Origin: Eledone cirrhosa
Lineage: Eukaryota
Direction: 5' to 3'
Assembly (NCBI GenBank): GCA_964016885.1
Contig: OZ024750.1
Coordinates: 53,444,001-53,508,000 of the forward strand
Length of the DNA stretch: 64,000 nt
The notes under the pieces were generated by a model, which saw only the letters and a list, made by a program, of their open reading frames with translations, made no database searches and was not told where the DNA came from. A program made the position numbers and the translations under genes. Of this stretch, positions 1-14,159 are shown piece by piece. How positions within the stretch are numbered: position 1 is the stretch's first letter; each line of letters opens with the position of its first letter.

Positions 1-322
1 TCATGAGTGACCCCTCGTTTATAAAGTCATGAGTGACCCCTCGTTTATAAAGTAATGAGTGACCCCTCATTTATAAAGTAATGAGTGACCTCTCATTTAT
101 AAAGTAATGAGTGACCCCTCGTTTATAAAGTATTGAGTGACCTCTCATTTATAAAGTCATGAGTGACCTCTCGTTTATAAAGTCATGAGTGACCCCTCGT
201 TTATAAAGTAATGAGTGACCCCTCGTTTATAGTCATGAGTGACCTCATTTATAAAGTAATGAGTGACCCCTCATTTATAGTCATGAGTGACCCCTCGTTT
301 ATAAAGTAATGAGTGACCTCTC
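1..322. repeat. 26-bp minisatellite (tcatgagtgacccctcgtttataaag), ~12 units, runs off window start
   Basis: Direct tandem periodicity of 26 bp with point variants. Confidence 0.95.
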
Positions 323-584
323 AGTACAAATAGTAATTTCAACAAAAGTAAAATATAATTTACTATGAGAAGAAAACTTTGAACATTTTATTTAAATAAT
401 TTCTGAATTATTTGCCTTTAAAAATAAAGTAAAGCAGTTTGTATTTTCACAATTTTATGCCAGTGAAAAAACAAAATAAAATTTTCCTTGGGCCAACTCC
501 AGGCCTATTTTAAACATTTCTCACGTCCACGTTGAGAATCACTGGGTTAAGGGGCCATGATGATGATAGATTAACTCTACTACT

Positions 585-995
585 CAGCTGGTGTTAATTT
601 TAATTAACACGTGAAAGATGGTAGGTAGAGTTGCCCGTGGCAGGATTTGAACTCAGAAATTAAAGATATACAACTAAAGAGAGGACTGTATTTTGTCTGT
701 CACTCTGCTGATTCTACGAGAAGCAAAGTTGACCATAGTGGGATTTGAAACCAGAATGGAGAGGACTATAATGAAATACTGTAATGGCAATTATTCCAAC
801 ACATTTAATGATACTATCAATCTACCTCCCTAAGTCAGCAATTTGTATGGGAGAGTATAGTCAATTATACTGAACCAGTACATAGCTGGTATTTTATTTT
901 ATTGACCTTGAAAGAATGAAAGCCAAAGTTGATCGCGACAGGATTTGGATCCGGAATGGAAAGAAGAAATAATGACTCGATCACTCCACCACCCT
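585..995 (-). mobile_element. Cluster of three degenerate tRNA-derived SINE copies (family A)
   Basis: Repeated ggatttgaactc (reverse B-box) and gatgaaaggcaaagtt-like core shared with better copies at 8810, 44130 and 46005. Confidence 0.7.
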
Positions 996-999
996 AATT

Positions 1000-3900
1000 A
1001 TTGACATCTAACAATCTCAAGACCCTGCACCTGGAAAACTTTGTGTTAGCTGCTGATGGCAGTGTCTTCTGTAGCTGTCCAGGCCCACATGGGAGAGGCA
1101 GTCCTGTATACAGTGACTACATCTGTATACAGGACTGCTCTGGTACTACTGTAGCTGTACAGGCCCACATGGGAGAGGACTTCCTCACATCTTTGGGTCT
1201 CCAGAACTATTGACTTATCCCTCCTGCAGACTTCTTTGAAACAAAGGTTGTCCTTGTGCCGGTGGCCAGTTCCCCATGCAGTAGGTCTTTGGGCATCCTT
1301 CCATCCTGCATACAATGTATCGGACCGAGTCAGCATTGACAACACTGTTTGAGCAGATTGTATATGTTGGGTATCTTGGCATGGTTGAGGACTTCAGTGT
1401 TGGTAACCCGGTCAGTCTACTTAATATCCAAAATGCATCTCAGGCTATGAAGGTGGAAGACATTGAGACACCACTCCTGGCTGGAGTAGAGGTTCCAGGT
1501 CTCGTTGCCATAAAATAGTGTGCTGAGGACACATGCCTTGTAGACAGCTATCCTGGTATTTTTAGTGAGTTTTCTGTTCTCCCAGACAAATGTAGAGGTT
1601 GCTTTTCCAACTCTCCTGCTGAACTTGGGGTCGAGTAAGAAGTTGTCAGTAACGGTGGAGTCAAGGTAGATGAATCATCATGGATCATCTTCAGACTAAA
1701 CAGCCTACCGTCTGATTTGGATTGGAGGTAGACACCTTCAGTTGATTTCTCAAATGCATGTTTTAGCATAACTGCGATGCCAAACAGGATGGGAGCCAGC
1801 ACACAGCCCTGCTTCACACCGTTGTATATGTTAAATACCTCCGAAGAAGAGCCATCAAATTGAATGACACTTTTCATATCTGCATGAAATGACTGGACTA
1901 TCCTAAGAAGTCTTGGAGGACAACCAATTCTGGCTAGGATCTTGAAGTTGGTGTTGAATGGTTGCCTTTGCTCTCAGCACTTCTCCTGTAGTTGCCGAAG
2001 GGAGATCATGTTGATGGCAGAACATTCTGATCTGAAACCACAGTGAAATTGTGGGTATACCCTCTCAGTGATGTTCGGTAATCTGTTCAGGAGCACGCAG
2101 GCATAGACCTTCCCAACAGTGCTGAGCAACGACATGCCTCGGTATTGCAGTTGCTTCTGTCCTCTTTGTTCTTATAGAGAGTGACAATGTTGCAGTCTCT
2201 CATGCCTTGCTTGACTCTTCCTTTGTCCCAGCACTGACATGGCAGGGGTTCCATGGTGTCGCCTTGTCCGAGATACTCTTTTCCTTGCTGTAGAGTTCAG
2301 AGTAATGTTCTACCCATTTATCCAACTGCCCTCTTTTGAGTGGAGCTGTCTTGCTCTGAGTTGGGCTTACAACCTCAACTGTTCTGGATTTGAGTGGAGC
2401 TGTCTTGCTCTGAGTTGGGCTTACAACCTCAACTGTTCTGGATTTGAGTGGAGGTGTCTTGCTCTGAGTTGGGCTGATAACTCACAGCATTGCCCTGGTG
2501 GGTTGGTGTCAGTGCTTCAACAAGACAGCACGCTTCATCTCCATGGTTGCATTGAACTCATCTGCAATCGCCTCAAACCAGTCATTGGTCATTCTTTGCT
2601 TCTTCCCGAAAGTCTTCAAAGCAGTGTCATGGATGGTGTCTCTGAGAAAGTCCCATCTTTGCTGACCATTACCTTCCAGTGGGTTTGCAAGGAGGGTGTC
2701 TTCCACTGACTTGAGGAATGCAGTTACTTTGGCCAACTGCTGGGTTGATGTAGTGCATCATTTTTGGTTAGAGTTTGAGATTGCAGCCAACTAAAGAATG
2801 ATCTGTATCACAGTCAGCACTCTGAAAGGACTGATTCAGGAGCACATTTCTCAGGTAGTTGTGTCTTATGAGGATCAGATCTGGCTGACGCCAGTGCCCT
2901 GAGTGAGGGTGACACCAGGAAACTGGGTACTGAGATTTGGACTGGAAGTAGGTGTTGCTGACACATAGTCCATGGAGCATACAGAGCTCAAGCAGTCGGG
3001 CCGTCATTTTTGTTATTTACCCCGTCGCAGACACCCTGCCCAGGAGTTGTTGTCAGCTCTGACAGTCACCAAGTAGTACCAGCTGTTCTCCATTTGGGAT
3101 TGTCTGTATTTTTCTTGAGAGCTGATTGTAAAACTTATTCTTGTCATCTTGTGTGGAGTAGAGGGTTGTGCACACTGACAAGGTTGACAGGCCCATTAAC
3201 CAGAGTGAGAGGATTCTCTCTGAGCCAGCGCTGCCGAGTTCCACCATATTTAACAATGAGTACCTCATGGCAAACACCATGCTCTCTGGCTTCATTTATA
3301 CCTTTCCCCTACCAAAGAAAGGTATATTTTCTCTGATGAAGGTTCCCCACATGTGGGAACTATGTGTCCTGCAGTGCTTCAATGTCCACTACCGTTGCAG
3401 TTGTTGATAACTGCTGGGTTTTTTTTTGGGGGGGGGGGGTCACTGATCTTTTAAAGATTATTTGACAGACCAGTAGACATGGTCCTTATATTCCAACATC
3501 CAAGTCTCAATGCCACTTTCTTACATTGTTTGTTTGTTCATTGATTTTCTTGGTGCAGTGTTTACAGCCCACGATTCAGTATATTAATATCGCTAAGCCC
3601 CATGCACCCAGTGGAGTACTCGGGCTGTGATGGAACAGCACCTAACTGACTGTAGGCTGCCCAGTTTGAAGCAGGCGATAGCTATCCAGTGCAGCACAAT
3701 AGCCTCTCCCTCCGTTAAAAGCAGCCCCTGGTGCCTTGCTTATACGCCAATCAAGCTTATAACCGGTAGACTGCTGATTTTCATGTTTTACCACTGCTGG
3801 GATGACCTCACCAGGGCGCAGGCCTGGGTAGGGTTTTATGGGAGATCGGCAGTTGCCCATGTAGCATATCTCCCCTCTCTACGCCACTGGTGTTGTCCAG

Positions 3901-4295
3901 TGGAAGGGCAGAAACCAGTTAACTTGGCACCAGTGAGGCCACCGGAGTTACTAAAATGAGGTTGGATATAACATCAAACTGCCTTAGGGACTCTGGATCT
4001 GGATTTATCATCGGGGTTTACCCCCAAATCCTTTCTCATAGGGGGTGTAGCTGGGTGGCAGCGGAGGTTTAAGTTTAGAGTTTGTTAGATGGACTGCCCT
4101 CTTAAACTGATGAGTACTATCTACCCAGAGCACTAATTTGAAGGTGCCAGAATCCCCCTATACCCTCTTCGCCTGTCAGTAGGGACAGTTCCAGGAGTTG
4201 GACTTGGTTGCCAGTGGCTATTTGAACCGCATGCCACGAGGAGCAAGTTTTTAAAGAGTGCGAGCTCATCCTGACTTCCACCTAGCAACTTTGGA
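1000..4295 (-). mobile_element. Degenerate near full-length RTE-clade (BovB-like) LINE
   Basis: Minus-strand remnants: APE endonuclease (VLLGD, SNTYFQ, HPHSGHWRQPDLILIR, DCDTDH), RT (NGVKQGCVLAPILF) and a long 5' UTR; many frameshifts and stops. Confidence 0.85.
2335..2475. repeat. Internal 54-bp tandem triplication within the RTE
   Basis: tttgagtggagctgtcttgctctgagttgggc recurs three times at 54-bp spacing. Confidence 0.9.
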
Positions 4296-4504
4296 ACCCA
4301 TAATAATAATAATATTTATTTATTTAATTATAATGAAGATAATAATTAGGTGTGGAATGTTTGGAATATTTCCAAAAGACTGTTTTGGTTGGAACTGAAT
4401 ATTGAAAACATACCACTTGTTGAGTTTCACTGAGGAGACTTCTCTGTATGAGAGGTAGAGCAAGGAAAGTAAATAGCTGTGGAATGAACAGCTGTGATAG
4501 TAAT

Positions 4505-4691
4505 AATAGTTTATAATTTAGACACAAGGCCAGCAATTTAGAGGGGGGGGGTGATTATATTGACATCAGTGTATTACTGGTACTTTATTTTATTGACCCC
4601 CATAAGGATGACAAAAAAAACTAACCTTGGCAGGATTTGAACTCAGAATGTAAACGGCTGTAAACAGCAAATATCCCGCAGAGAGTACTGT
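4505..4691 (-). mobile_element. SINE family A copy whose head runs into the minisatellite
   Basis: tactggtactttattttattgacccc...aggatttgaactcagaatgtaaa matches other copies. Confidence 0.8.
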
Positions 4692-7600
4692 CTACCACTG
4701 TGATAGGGAGTCAACTGATCCAGTGTTAATAAGACTACCACTGTGATAGGGAGTCAACTGATCCAGTGTTAATAAGACTACCACTGTGATAGGGAGTCAA
4801 CTGATCCAGTGTTAATAAGACTACCACTGTGATAGGGAGTCAACTGATCCAGTGTTAAGACTACCACTGTGATAGGGAGTCAACTGATCCAGTGTTAAGA
4901 CTACCACTGTGATAGGGAGTCAACTGATCCAGTGTTAAGACTACCACTGTGATAGGGAGTCACTGATCCAGTGTTAATAAGACTACCACTGTGATAGGGA
5001 GTCAACTGATCCAGTGTTAAGACTACCACTGTGATAGGGAGTCAACTGATCCAGTGTTAAGACTACCACTGTGATAGGGAGTCACTGATCCAGTGTTAAT
5101 AAGACTACCACTGTGATAGGGAGTCAACTGATCCAGTGTTAAGACTACCACTGTGATAGGGAGTCAACTGATCCAGTGTTAATAAGACTACCACTGTGAT
5201 AGGGAGTTAACTGATCCAGTGTTAATAAGACTACCACTGTGATAGGGAGTCAACTGATCCAGTGTTAAGATTACCACTGTGATAGGGAGTCAACTGATCC
5301 AGTGTTAAGACTACCACTGTGATAGGGAGTCACTGATCCAGTGTTAATAAGACTACCACTGTGATAGGGAGTCAACTGATCCAGTGTTAAGACTATCACT
5401 GTGATAGGGAGTCAACTGATCCAGTGTTAATAAGACTACCACTGTGATAGGGAGTCAACTGATCCAGTGTTAATAAGACTACCACTGTGATAGGGAGTCA
5501 ACTGATCCAGTGTTAAGACTACCACTGTGATAGGGAGTCAACTGATCCAGTGTTAAGACTACCACTGTGATAGGGAGTCACTGATCCAGTGTTAATAAGA
5601 CTACCACTGTGATAGGGAGTCAACTGATCCAGTGTTAAGACTACCACTGTGATAGGGAATCAACTGATCCAGTGTTAATAAGACTACCACTGTGATAGGG
5701 AGTCAACTGATCCAGTGTTAATAAGACTACCACTGTGATAGGGAGTCAACTGATCCAGTGTTAAGACTACCACTGTGATAGGGAGTCAACTGATCCAGTG
5801 TTAAGACTACCACTGTGATAGGGAGTCACTGATCCAGTGTTAATAAGACTACCACTGTGATAGGGAGTCAACTGATCCAGTGTTAAGACTACCACTGTGA
5901 TAGGGAGTCAACTGATCCAGTGTTAATAAGACTACCACTGTGATAGGGAGTCAACTGATCCAGTGTTAATAAGACTACCACTGTGATAGGGAGTCAACTG
6001 ATCCAGTGTTAAGACTACCACTGTGATAGGGAGTCAACTGATCCAGTGTTAAGACTACCACTGTGATAGGGAGTCACTGATCCAGTGTTAATAAGACTAC
6101 CACTGTGATAGGGAGTCAACTGATCCAGTGTTAAGACTACCACTGTGATAGGGAGTCAACTGATCCAGTGTTAATAAGACTACCACTGTGATAGGGAGTC
6201 AACTGATCCAGTGTTAATAAGACTACCACTGTGATAGGGAGTCAACTGATCCAGTGTTAAGACTACCACTGTGATAGGGAGTCAACTGATCCAGTGTTAA
6301 TAAGACTACCACTGTGATAGGGGGTCAACTGATCCAGTGTTAATAAGACTACCACTGTGATAGGGACTCAACTGATCCAGTGTTAATAAGACTACCACTG
6401 TGATAGGGAGTCAACTGATCCAGTGTTAATAAGACTACCACTGTGATAGGGGGTCAACTGATCCAGTGTTAATAAGACTACCACTGTGATAGGGGGTCAA
6501 CTGATCCAGTGTTAATAAGACTACCACTGTGATAGGGACTCAACTGATCCAGTGTTAATAAGACTACCACTGTGATAGGGAGTCAACTGATCCAGTGTTA
6601 ATAAGACTACCACTGTGATAGGGAGTCAACTGATCCAGTGTTAATAAGACTACCACTGTGATAGGGAGTCAACTGATCCAGTGTTAATAAGTCTACCACT
6701 GTGATAGGGAGTCAACTGATCCAGTGTTAATAAGACTACCACTGTGATAGGGGGTCAACTGATCCAGTGTTAATAAGACTACCACTGTGATAGGGAGTCA
6801 ACTGATCCAGTGTTAATAAGACTACCACTGTGATAGGGAGTCAACTGATCCAGTGTTAATAAGACTACCACTGTGATAGGGAGTCAACTGATCCAGTGTT
6901 AATAAGACTACCACTGTGATAGGGAGTCAACTGATCCAGTGTTAATAAGACTACCACTGTGATAGGGAGTCAACTGATCCAGTGTTAATAAGACTACCAC
7001 TGTGATAGGGAGTCAACTGATCCAGTGTTAATAAGACTACCACTGTGATAGGGAGTCAACTGATCCAGTGTTAATAAGACTACCACTGTGATAGGGAGTC
7101 AACTGATCCAGTGTTAATAAGACTACCACTGTGATAGGGAGTCAACTGATCCAGTGTTAATAAGACTACCACTGTGATAGGGAGTCAACTGATCCAGTGT
7201 TAATAAGACTACCACTGTGATAGGGAATCAACTGATCCAGTGTTAATAAGACTACCACTGTGATAGGGAGTCAACTGATCCAGTGTTAATAAGACTACCA
7301 CTGTGATAGGGAGTCAACTGATCCAGTGTTAATAAGACTACCACTGTGATAGGGAGTCAACTGATCCAGTGTTAATAAGACTACCACTGTGATAGGGAGT
7401 CAACTGATCCAGTGTTAATAAGACTACCACTGTGATAGGGAATCAACTGATCCAGTGTTAATAAGACTACCACTGTGATAGGGAGTCAACTGATCCAGTG
7501 TTAATAAGACTACCACTGTGATAGGGAATCAACTGATCCAGTGTTAATAAGACTACCACTGTGATAGGGAGTCAACTGATCCAGTGTTAATAAGACTACC

Positions 7601-8058
7601 ACTGTGATAGGGAGTCAACTGATCCAGCGTTAATAAGACTACCACTGTGATAGGGAGTCAACTGATCCAGCGTTAATAAGACTACCACTGTGATAGGGAG
7701 TCAACTGATCCAGCGTTAATAAGACTACCACTGTGATAGGGAGTCAACTGATCCAGTGTTAATAAGACTACCACTGTGATAGGGAGTCAACTGATCCAGC
7801 GTTAATAAGACTACCACTGTGATAGGGAGTCAACTGATCCAGCGTTAATAAGACTACCACTGTGATAGGGAGTCAACTGATCCAGCGTTAATAAGACTAC
7901 CACTGTGATAGGGAGTCAACTGATCCAGCGTTAATAAGACTACCACTGTGATAGGGAGTCAACTGATCCAGTGTTAATAAGACCACCACTGTGATAGGGA
8001 GTCAACTGATCCAGTGTTAATAAGACCACCACTGTGATAGGGAGTCAACTGATCCAGT
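4692..8058. repeat. 43-bp minisatellite (ctaccactgtgatagggagtcaactgatccagtgttaataaga), ~80 units with 40/42-bp variants
   Basis: Direct tandem array; first units start at 4692 and 4735. Confidence 0.97.
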
Positions 8059-8336
8059 GGTACACAGTGGTACACAGGAATAATGATGACAGTAATAGTA
8101 ATGCTGATTTAATAATAATGATAATTATAAAAATATTTTGTTCCATCTTTATTTCTGTCTTTCTAGCATGGGTTTGATAATGATGAGGTTTTAATAAGGA
8201 TTTCTAAGACCAGTAAAATTGACGTCGGTGGTGTTTGAAACCAGAATGTAGGGGGCCATAACGAAATACTGCAATGAATTTCATCTGGCACTCTACTGAT
8301 TCTGCGAATCCATTGCACTTTATTTAATACTACTAC

Positions 8337-8432
8337 TACCACTGTTATTCGCAAACATCTTAATTCTATCACACGCTTCCTCTTTATATTTTTCCTAAAT
8401 CTTTCATAATTGCAAAATCCTCATTATCATAA

Positions 8433-8473
<41 letters not shown>

Positions 8474-8566
8474 ATAAGAAATAGAAAACAGAAAATGATG
8501 AGATTGTTAGATATGTTCCATGTTGGGAGGTGGTGCTGAGTTACCTCTCTTGATAAAACTACCAAC
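8337..8566. repeat. First copy of a ~230-bp direct duplication containing (TG)n
   Basis: Near-identical to 9609-9841. Confidence 0.9.
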
Positions 8567-8809
8567 TACTACTACTAATAATAATAGTAATAATTGTTTC
8601 TACTTTAGGCACAAGGCCAGCAATTACCCAGTGCATTACTGGTACTTTATTTTATCAACCCAATTATCGAGTCAATAATAATAGTAATGGTGATGATTTA
8701 TTTTATTGGCCACAATGGAGGCGGGGTTGGGATGGGAGGGATACATGGCCGAAAAAACACAATGGGTGGGGGAAGTTTACATCGAGTAAAGGGAATTGTA
8801 ATAATAATA

Positions 8810-9047
8810 ATTGTTTCTACTTTTGGCACAACGCCAGCAATTATCTCAGTGTATTACTGGTACTTTATTTTATCGACCCCGTAAGGATGAAAGGCAAAGT
8901 TAACTTCGGCGGGATTTGAACTCAAACCATAAAGGGCCGTAACTCTTTGCTGCAAAGCATGGCGTCCGACCCTCTACCGATACTGCCAATCCACCACCCT
9001 AGCATGGCGTCCGACCCTCTACCGATACTGCCAATCCACCGCCCTCT
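8810..9047 (-). mobile_element. SINE family A, full length, with tandem duplication of the head end
   Basis: Reverse complement matches 46005-46188; agcatggcgtccgaccctctaccgatactgccaatccacc occurs twice. Confidence 0.85.
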
Positions 9048-9608
9048 ATAATAATAATACAATAGTAACAATGATCATCATTTAACTTCTCCCGGTTGAA
9101 GATTGTAGAATTACCTCATTGCACTCATTCATCTTATATTTACAAAAAGAGAAAAAGAAAGAAAAACTCAGCCCTGAATACACGCAATAGAGTTTAGGGC
9201 ATTAGTGTGTACTTATTATAGATTGACTGATGATGATAATTTGGTGGTGGTAGTGGTGCTGGTTCCCTTAATTAGAGTCAATGAACCAATGTTTTTAAAA
9301 AGAAGGGCAGACTTGGTTTTTTGGCTTGCCAACAGCTTGTTGTCATAACATATATAATAATGATAATAATAATGGTTTATGATTTAGGCACAAGGCCAAC
9401 ATTTTTGTGTGTGTGTGGGGGGGGGGGGGATTAAACCAACCCCAGTGCATTACTGGTGCTTTATTTAGCGACCCCGTAAGGATGAAAGGTAAAGCTCACC
9501 TCAGTGGGAAGGACGGTTCTAAGCTCAAATCATGCTGAGAGTAATAATAATGAAATAAACAACAGCTGTTATACAGTGGTAAACTCCCCATTCTGTTAGA
9601 ATGGTATG

Positions 9609-9704
9609 TACCACTGTTATTCGCAAACATCTTAATTCTATCACGCGCTTCCTCTTTATATTTTTCCTAAATCTTTCATAATTGCAAAATCCTCATTATC
9701 ATAA

Positions 9705-9747
<43 letters not shown>

Positions 9748-9841
9748 ATAAGAAATAGAAAGCAGAAAATGATGAGATTGTTATATATGTTCCATGTTGG
9801 GAGGTGGATGCTGAGTTACCTCTCTTGATAAAACTACCAAC
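9609..9841. repeat. Second copy of the ~230-bp direct duplication
   Basis: Near-identical to 8337-8566. Confidence 0.9.
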
Positions 9842-10139
9842 AAGTTCTAAGTGGGTTGAGAAGCCTCCCTCCACAACACATGCTAATGATGATTGCAGTG
9901 TTTGAACTGGTGAACTGCTGTTGTTAAAAGTAACATTGCTGTAGTTGTGGCAGAACACTTATTAATACAATCTTTGTGGCAACATCATTACTCTAATTAT
10001 GAATTAATGATTATTGACTTTACATTCATCTCTGAAGTTTTTCTGTGTACAGAGGAAGAGTGGAGCACTCAACAACCTGTATAAATATATTGTCAGGTTG
10101 CTCCTGAGTGTTACTGTTAATATGTAAGACAGTACAACC

Positions 10140-13100
10140 TGTCACATGGTCGGGTCGTCGGCGACCCAACCAAGCTTCCTTGGTGAGGAGGCTGATTTTT
10201 GGACAGCCTGCAGGATGAAAAACAAAATTTGTTTAAAAGGGTGGAAGAACTCATGGGCGTCAACGGCCTTCCAATTCCTGAGGTGTGTTCATTGGATTTG
10301 TGGCAATCTTCTGCATCAATCCTTTATCAACATTTCCAAAAAGTATGGTTGGTCTTACTCAGGCCTTCACCACTGTAAACAATTGTTTTGTGTGGGTAGC
10401 TCAACAGCTCTACCAGTTCACTAATTCAAATCCCACTGGTGAGAGAGCAAAGGAGATGGAGACAAGTAAAGGTATTAATGGAAGTCCTTAGCTGGAGCTC
10501 TACACAGTGGTGATCATCAGGTGATGACCGTTCAAGTACAAAATATGAGTAACTTGTGCTGTTTGTTTCCTCTGATGGTTACAAAGCATGTCTTTTTAGA
10601 CATAACACTGCTTTCCCTACACAGGGAAGGGGGCAATAAAAAGAGCCCTAAACAAATGCTTGCTCAATGCTTTAATTTGGCAGTCAACCACAACTGTCTC
10701 GTTATCCAAGACAGTGACTCCAACTTGGAATGAAGATCAACCCTCATTTGTAATGCACTCAACAGATACAGTTTTGATATCTATGCCGTGAGACCCGACT
10801 CCCTGACATGTCCCAAATGGGAGAGGGCTACTCAGTTTGTTGGTCTGGAAAGAGTGGAGAAGACCACTGTCAATTGGGTGTTGGTTTGTCATCAGATCTG
10901 ACATTGCCAAATCCTTAACATCATTCCCCAAAGGTGTCAGTGATCACATAATGACTGTCACTGGATTTAGCAAACAACCCCTCTATTACGCTAGTAAGTT
11001 GCTGTGCCCGAACTTTCCATTCACCTGAGCAGGAGATTGAAATATTCTATGATCAGCTTCACACAGTGGTCTCCTCTATTTCCAACAAGAACATAATCGG
11101 TGATTTCAATGCTAAAGTTGGAAATGACTTTCAAACATGGTATAATGTCCTTGGATCTAACGGAGTCGGAGCTATGAACTCCAATGGGCTTAGGCTGTTT
11201 TCCCTTTGTAAAGATCTCAGCATCACCAGCAGCTTCTTTCAACAATGTGCAAACCATAAAATAACATGGATGCATCCTAGATCCAAGGACGGGCATATGA
11301 TTGACTATGTCATCACCTGCAGGTGTCACCTAAAAGATTTTAAAATCACTGGTTTTTTTCCCTCTTCTTGTTATCTTTTGGATCATGCACTGCTGCGCAG
11401 TAAGCTTTCATTCAATCTTCCAAACAAAAGGCATCTTCAGAGGCCACTTATTCCAGCCAAGATTAATGTAGGCAAGCTGTGATCAGTTGATGGGAGGCTG
11501 AAACTTTCTGTAAAGCTTGACTCATCCCTCGACTCTGTCCATATTTCTGAATACATTGAGGCCTCCTGGAAAGTACTCAAAGATGCTACCTATGCTGTCT
11601 CTGTGGAGATCTTAGGATTTCATGTGAGAAAACATCAGGACTGGTTTGATGGAGGCAGCTTGGATGTCCATAACCTACACAGAATTTGGATTGGAGATAA
11701 AAGCTCAGCAACAAGAAAGACAAAGATTGCAAGCAGCAGGTATAGTCCTCACTTAAAAAAGATGAAGGATGCCTGGTGGATGGTTAATGCAGCCAAACTA
11801 CAAGAAGCTGCTGATAAAAAAGGACTCACAAGCCTTTTATAATGGTCTCAAGGCTGTGTATGGTCCAAGGAAGAGCTGGTCAAATTCAGTGCTATACACA
11901 AAGCTGAGATTCTCACTCACTGAAAGGAACACTTTGAGAAGATCCTTAATGCTGAATCAAAGGTCGATGAAGATGTAATTTCATCTATTTCACAAAGGCC
12001 AGAGCCCCAGAATTAGCATAAAACCCAAACTTGAATGAAATAAAAGCCGCTATCATCCAATAAGGCTCCTGGTAAAGATGGCATACCACCTGAAATCTTC
12101 AAATATGGTGGTAAAAAACTAGTTTGTAAAATATGGTGGTAAAAAACTAGTTTGTAGGCTTCTTCAGCTGTTTCTGGAAATCTGGAGAGTTAAAAGTATC
12201 CCCCAGACATCAGAGATGCATCGATAATCCACCTGTTCATAAACAATGGTAAAAAAAACTTATCTGCAACAACTCTTTCGGCACCTCCCTTCTCTGTATC
12301 GCTGGTAAGATATTATCCCGTGTCATTCTCAACAGAATTACATCCAGACTTGTTGACAATATCTACCCTGAAAATCAATGTGGTTACTGCTCTGATTGGG
12401 GTACTGTTGATATGATTTTGTCTCTTCACCAGGTTGCAGAAAAGGTTCGTGGAAGGAACTGGGAGCTGTTTATGGTTTTTGTTGACCTGACTAAAGCCTT
12501 TGACACTGTCAATCGCAAAGGTCTTTGGAAAATCCTCAAAAAGCTTGGCATATCTGATACTATGTTAATATCATCATATCTTTCCATGAGGGCATGAAAG
12601 CATCATGTAAGAGGGTGACTGCTCTGAACCCTTTGCTGTTACAAATTGTGTGAAGCAGGGTTGTGTCATGGGACCTATACTCTTTGCTTTATTTTTTCTG
12701 TAATGCTCCAGCATGGCATTTGGCAATTTTGAAACTGGGGCTATTCAACCATCAGTGCTTTTAGGCTAAAACACTCTCACAAACAAGTATCATTGTGATT
12801 TACTGTTTGCTGATGATGATGCACTTGTTGCAACATCTCTCAAAGAGGCACAGGAATTGATGAACTGTCTTTCACTTGCCTGTAAGGCTTTTGGTCTGAC
12901 AATCAACATCAAGAAGACTGAGGTGGTACATCAACCAAAGCCATCCCCCAGGCATGCAGGAGCATTGAACAGATACGGTCAGATCAAAGGCATCCTCTTG
13001 CACCCATCACTATTGATGGTCAAGATCTGAAATATGTGAGTTCCTTTACTTACTTTGGCAGCAAAGTGAACCACTCTGCATCTCTGGAGGAGGAGATTGT

Positions 13101-13822
13101 TAATCGCATTTCCAAGTCAACTGATGCTTTTGGCAAACTACATCACCGCCTATGGAGTGCAAGAGGTATATCCCTGAAAATAAAAGTTGCAGTTTATCGT
13201 GCAGTGATACTGACATGGCTAGGTCATGGACACTTTACCGCACTTACGTACATAACCTTGATGTCTTCCATAAACGCTGTCTTTGCTCTGTCTGTGGATA
13301 TGCACTTTCTAACAGTCTCCAATGTCGAGCTGTTCACAAGGTGTAACATTGATGGGATCGAGTCGTTTCTGATACAATCCCAACTCAGGGCTGGTCATGT
13401 CCTACGAATGTCTGAGGATCGCACATCTAAGGTACTATTGTACAGTCAGCTCCAGGTGTACATAGTGTGGGAAGGCCACTACTCCAATATAAGGACAAAC
13501 TGAAGTGCAATCTTAAGTCTGTCAACGTACCTGTTTCTTCATTTGAAACCATGACTGCCAACCGGAAAAAAAGGAAAACTGTTTGCCATGAAGGTGTAAA
13601 GAACTTTGAGAAATCTTGATTAGCCCATCTCTGTGAGATAAGATCTGACACCAGAGTCCAGTCAGGCATTCCAGCCTGCTCTGTTCAAGATCCGGTCACC
13701 TTCACAAAATGCGGATTGATGTGTATTCATTAACCTGAAGGAAGTGGTATTTTGAGGCATAAATATAAAACAATGAACAGAAAAGATTGTTGAGCCCTCA
13801 TTCGTCAAATCGATGAGAGAAT

Positions 13823-13826
<4 letters not shown>
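10140..13826 (+). mobile_element. Degenerate near full-length RTE-clade (BovB-like) LINE
   Basis: EN motifs IIGDFNAKVG and TWMHPRSKDGHMIDYVI; RT motifs FVDLTKAFDTVNR, VKQGCV, LLFADD, FTYFGS, AGHVLRM; 3' end gatgagagaatccatcat abutting (TA)n. Confidence 0.88.
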
Positions 13827-13893
<67 letters not shown>

Positions 13894-14159
13894 GGGAACT
13901 GAACTGGAGCTGGCAGGGCGTGTGTATGAGTGTGGGGGGAAAAAATACTAACTATTTTCACCCTAGCGAATCTGGTCCCTTACGATTTGAACACATATAT
14001 GTATATATCTGTGTTTATCTCTGTTTTATATTCAATTATATTACACGACTTGGAACAATCTCTTTCCTTGAGCTATTTAATTGTAAGAGACTATTTTGAG
14101 TTTCTAACTCAATATATACCTTTGATATATACACACACACACATACATATACAGATACA

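Noticed and set aside
4000-4295. HDV-like ribozyme expected at RTE 5' ends (also near 10140)
   Set aside because: Could not fold a convincing nested double pseudoknot by eye; needs an RNAbob or Infernal search.
4692-8058. CRISPR-like appearance of the regular arrays (also 60815-63212)
   Set aside because: Units are head-to-tail with no unique spacers, there are no cas genes, and the context is eukaryotic.
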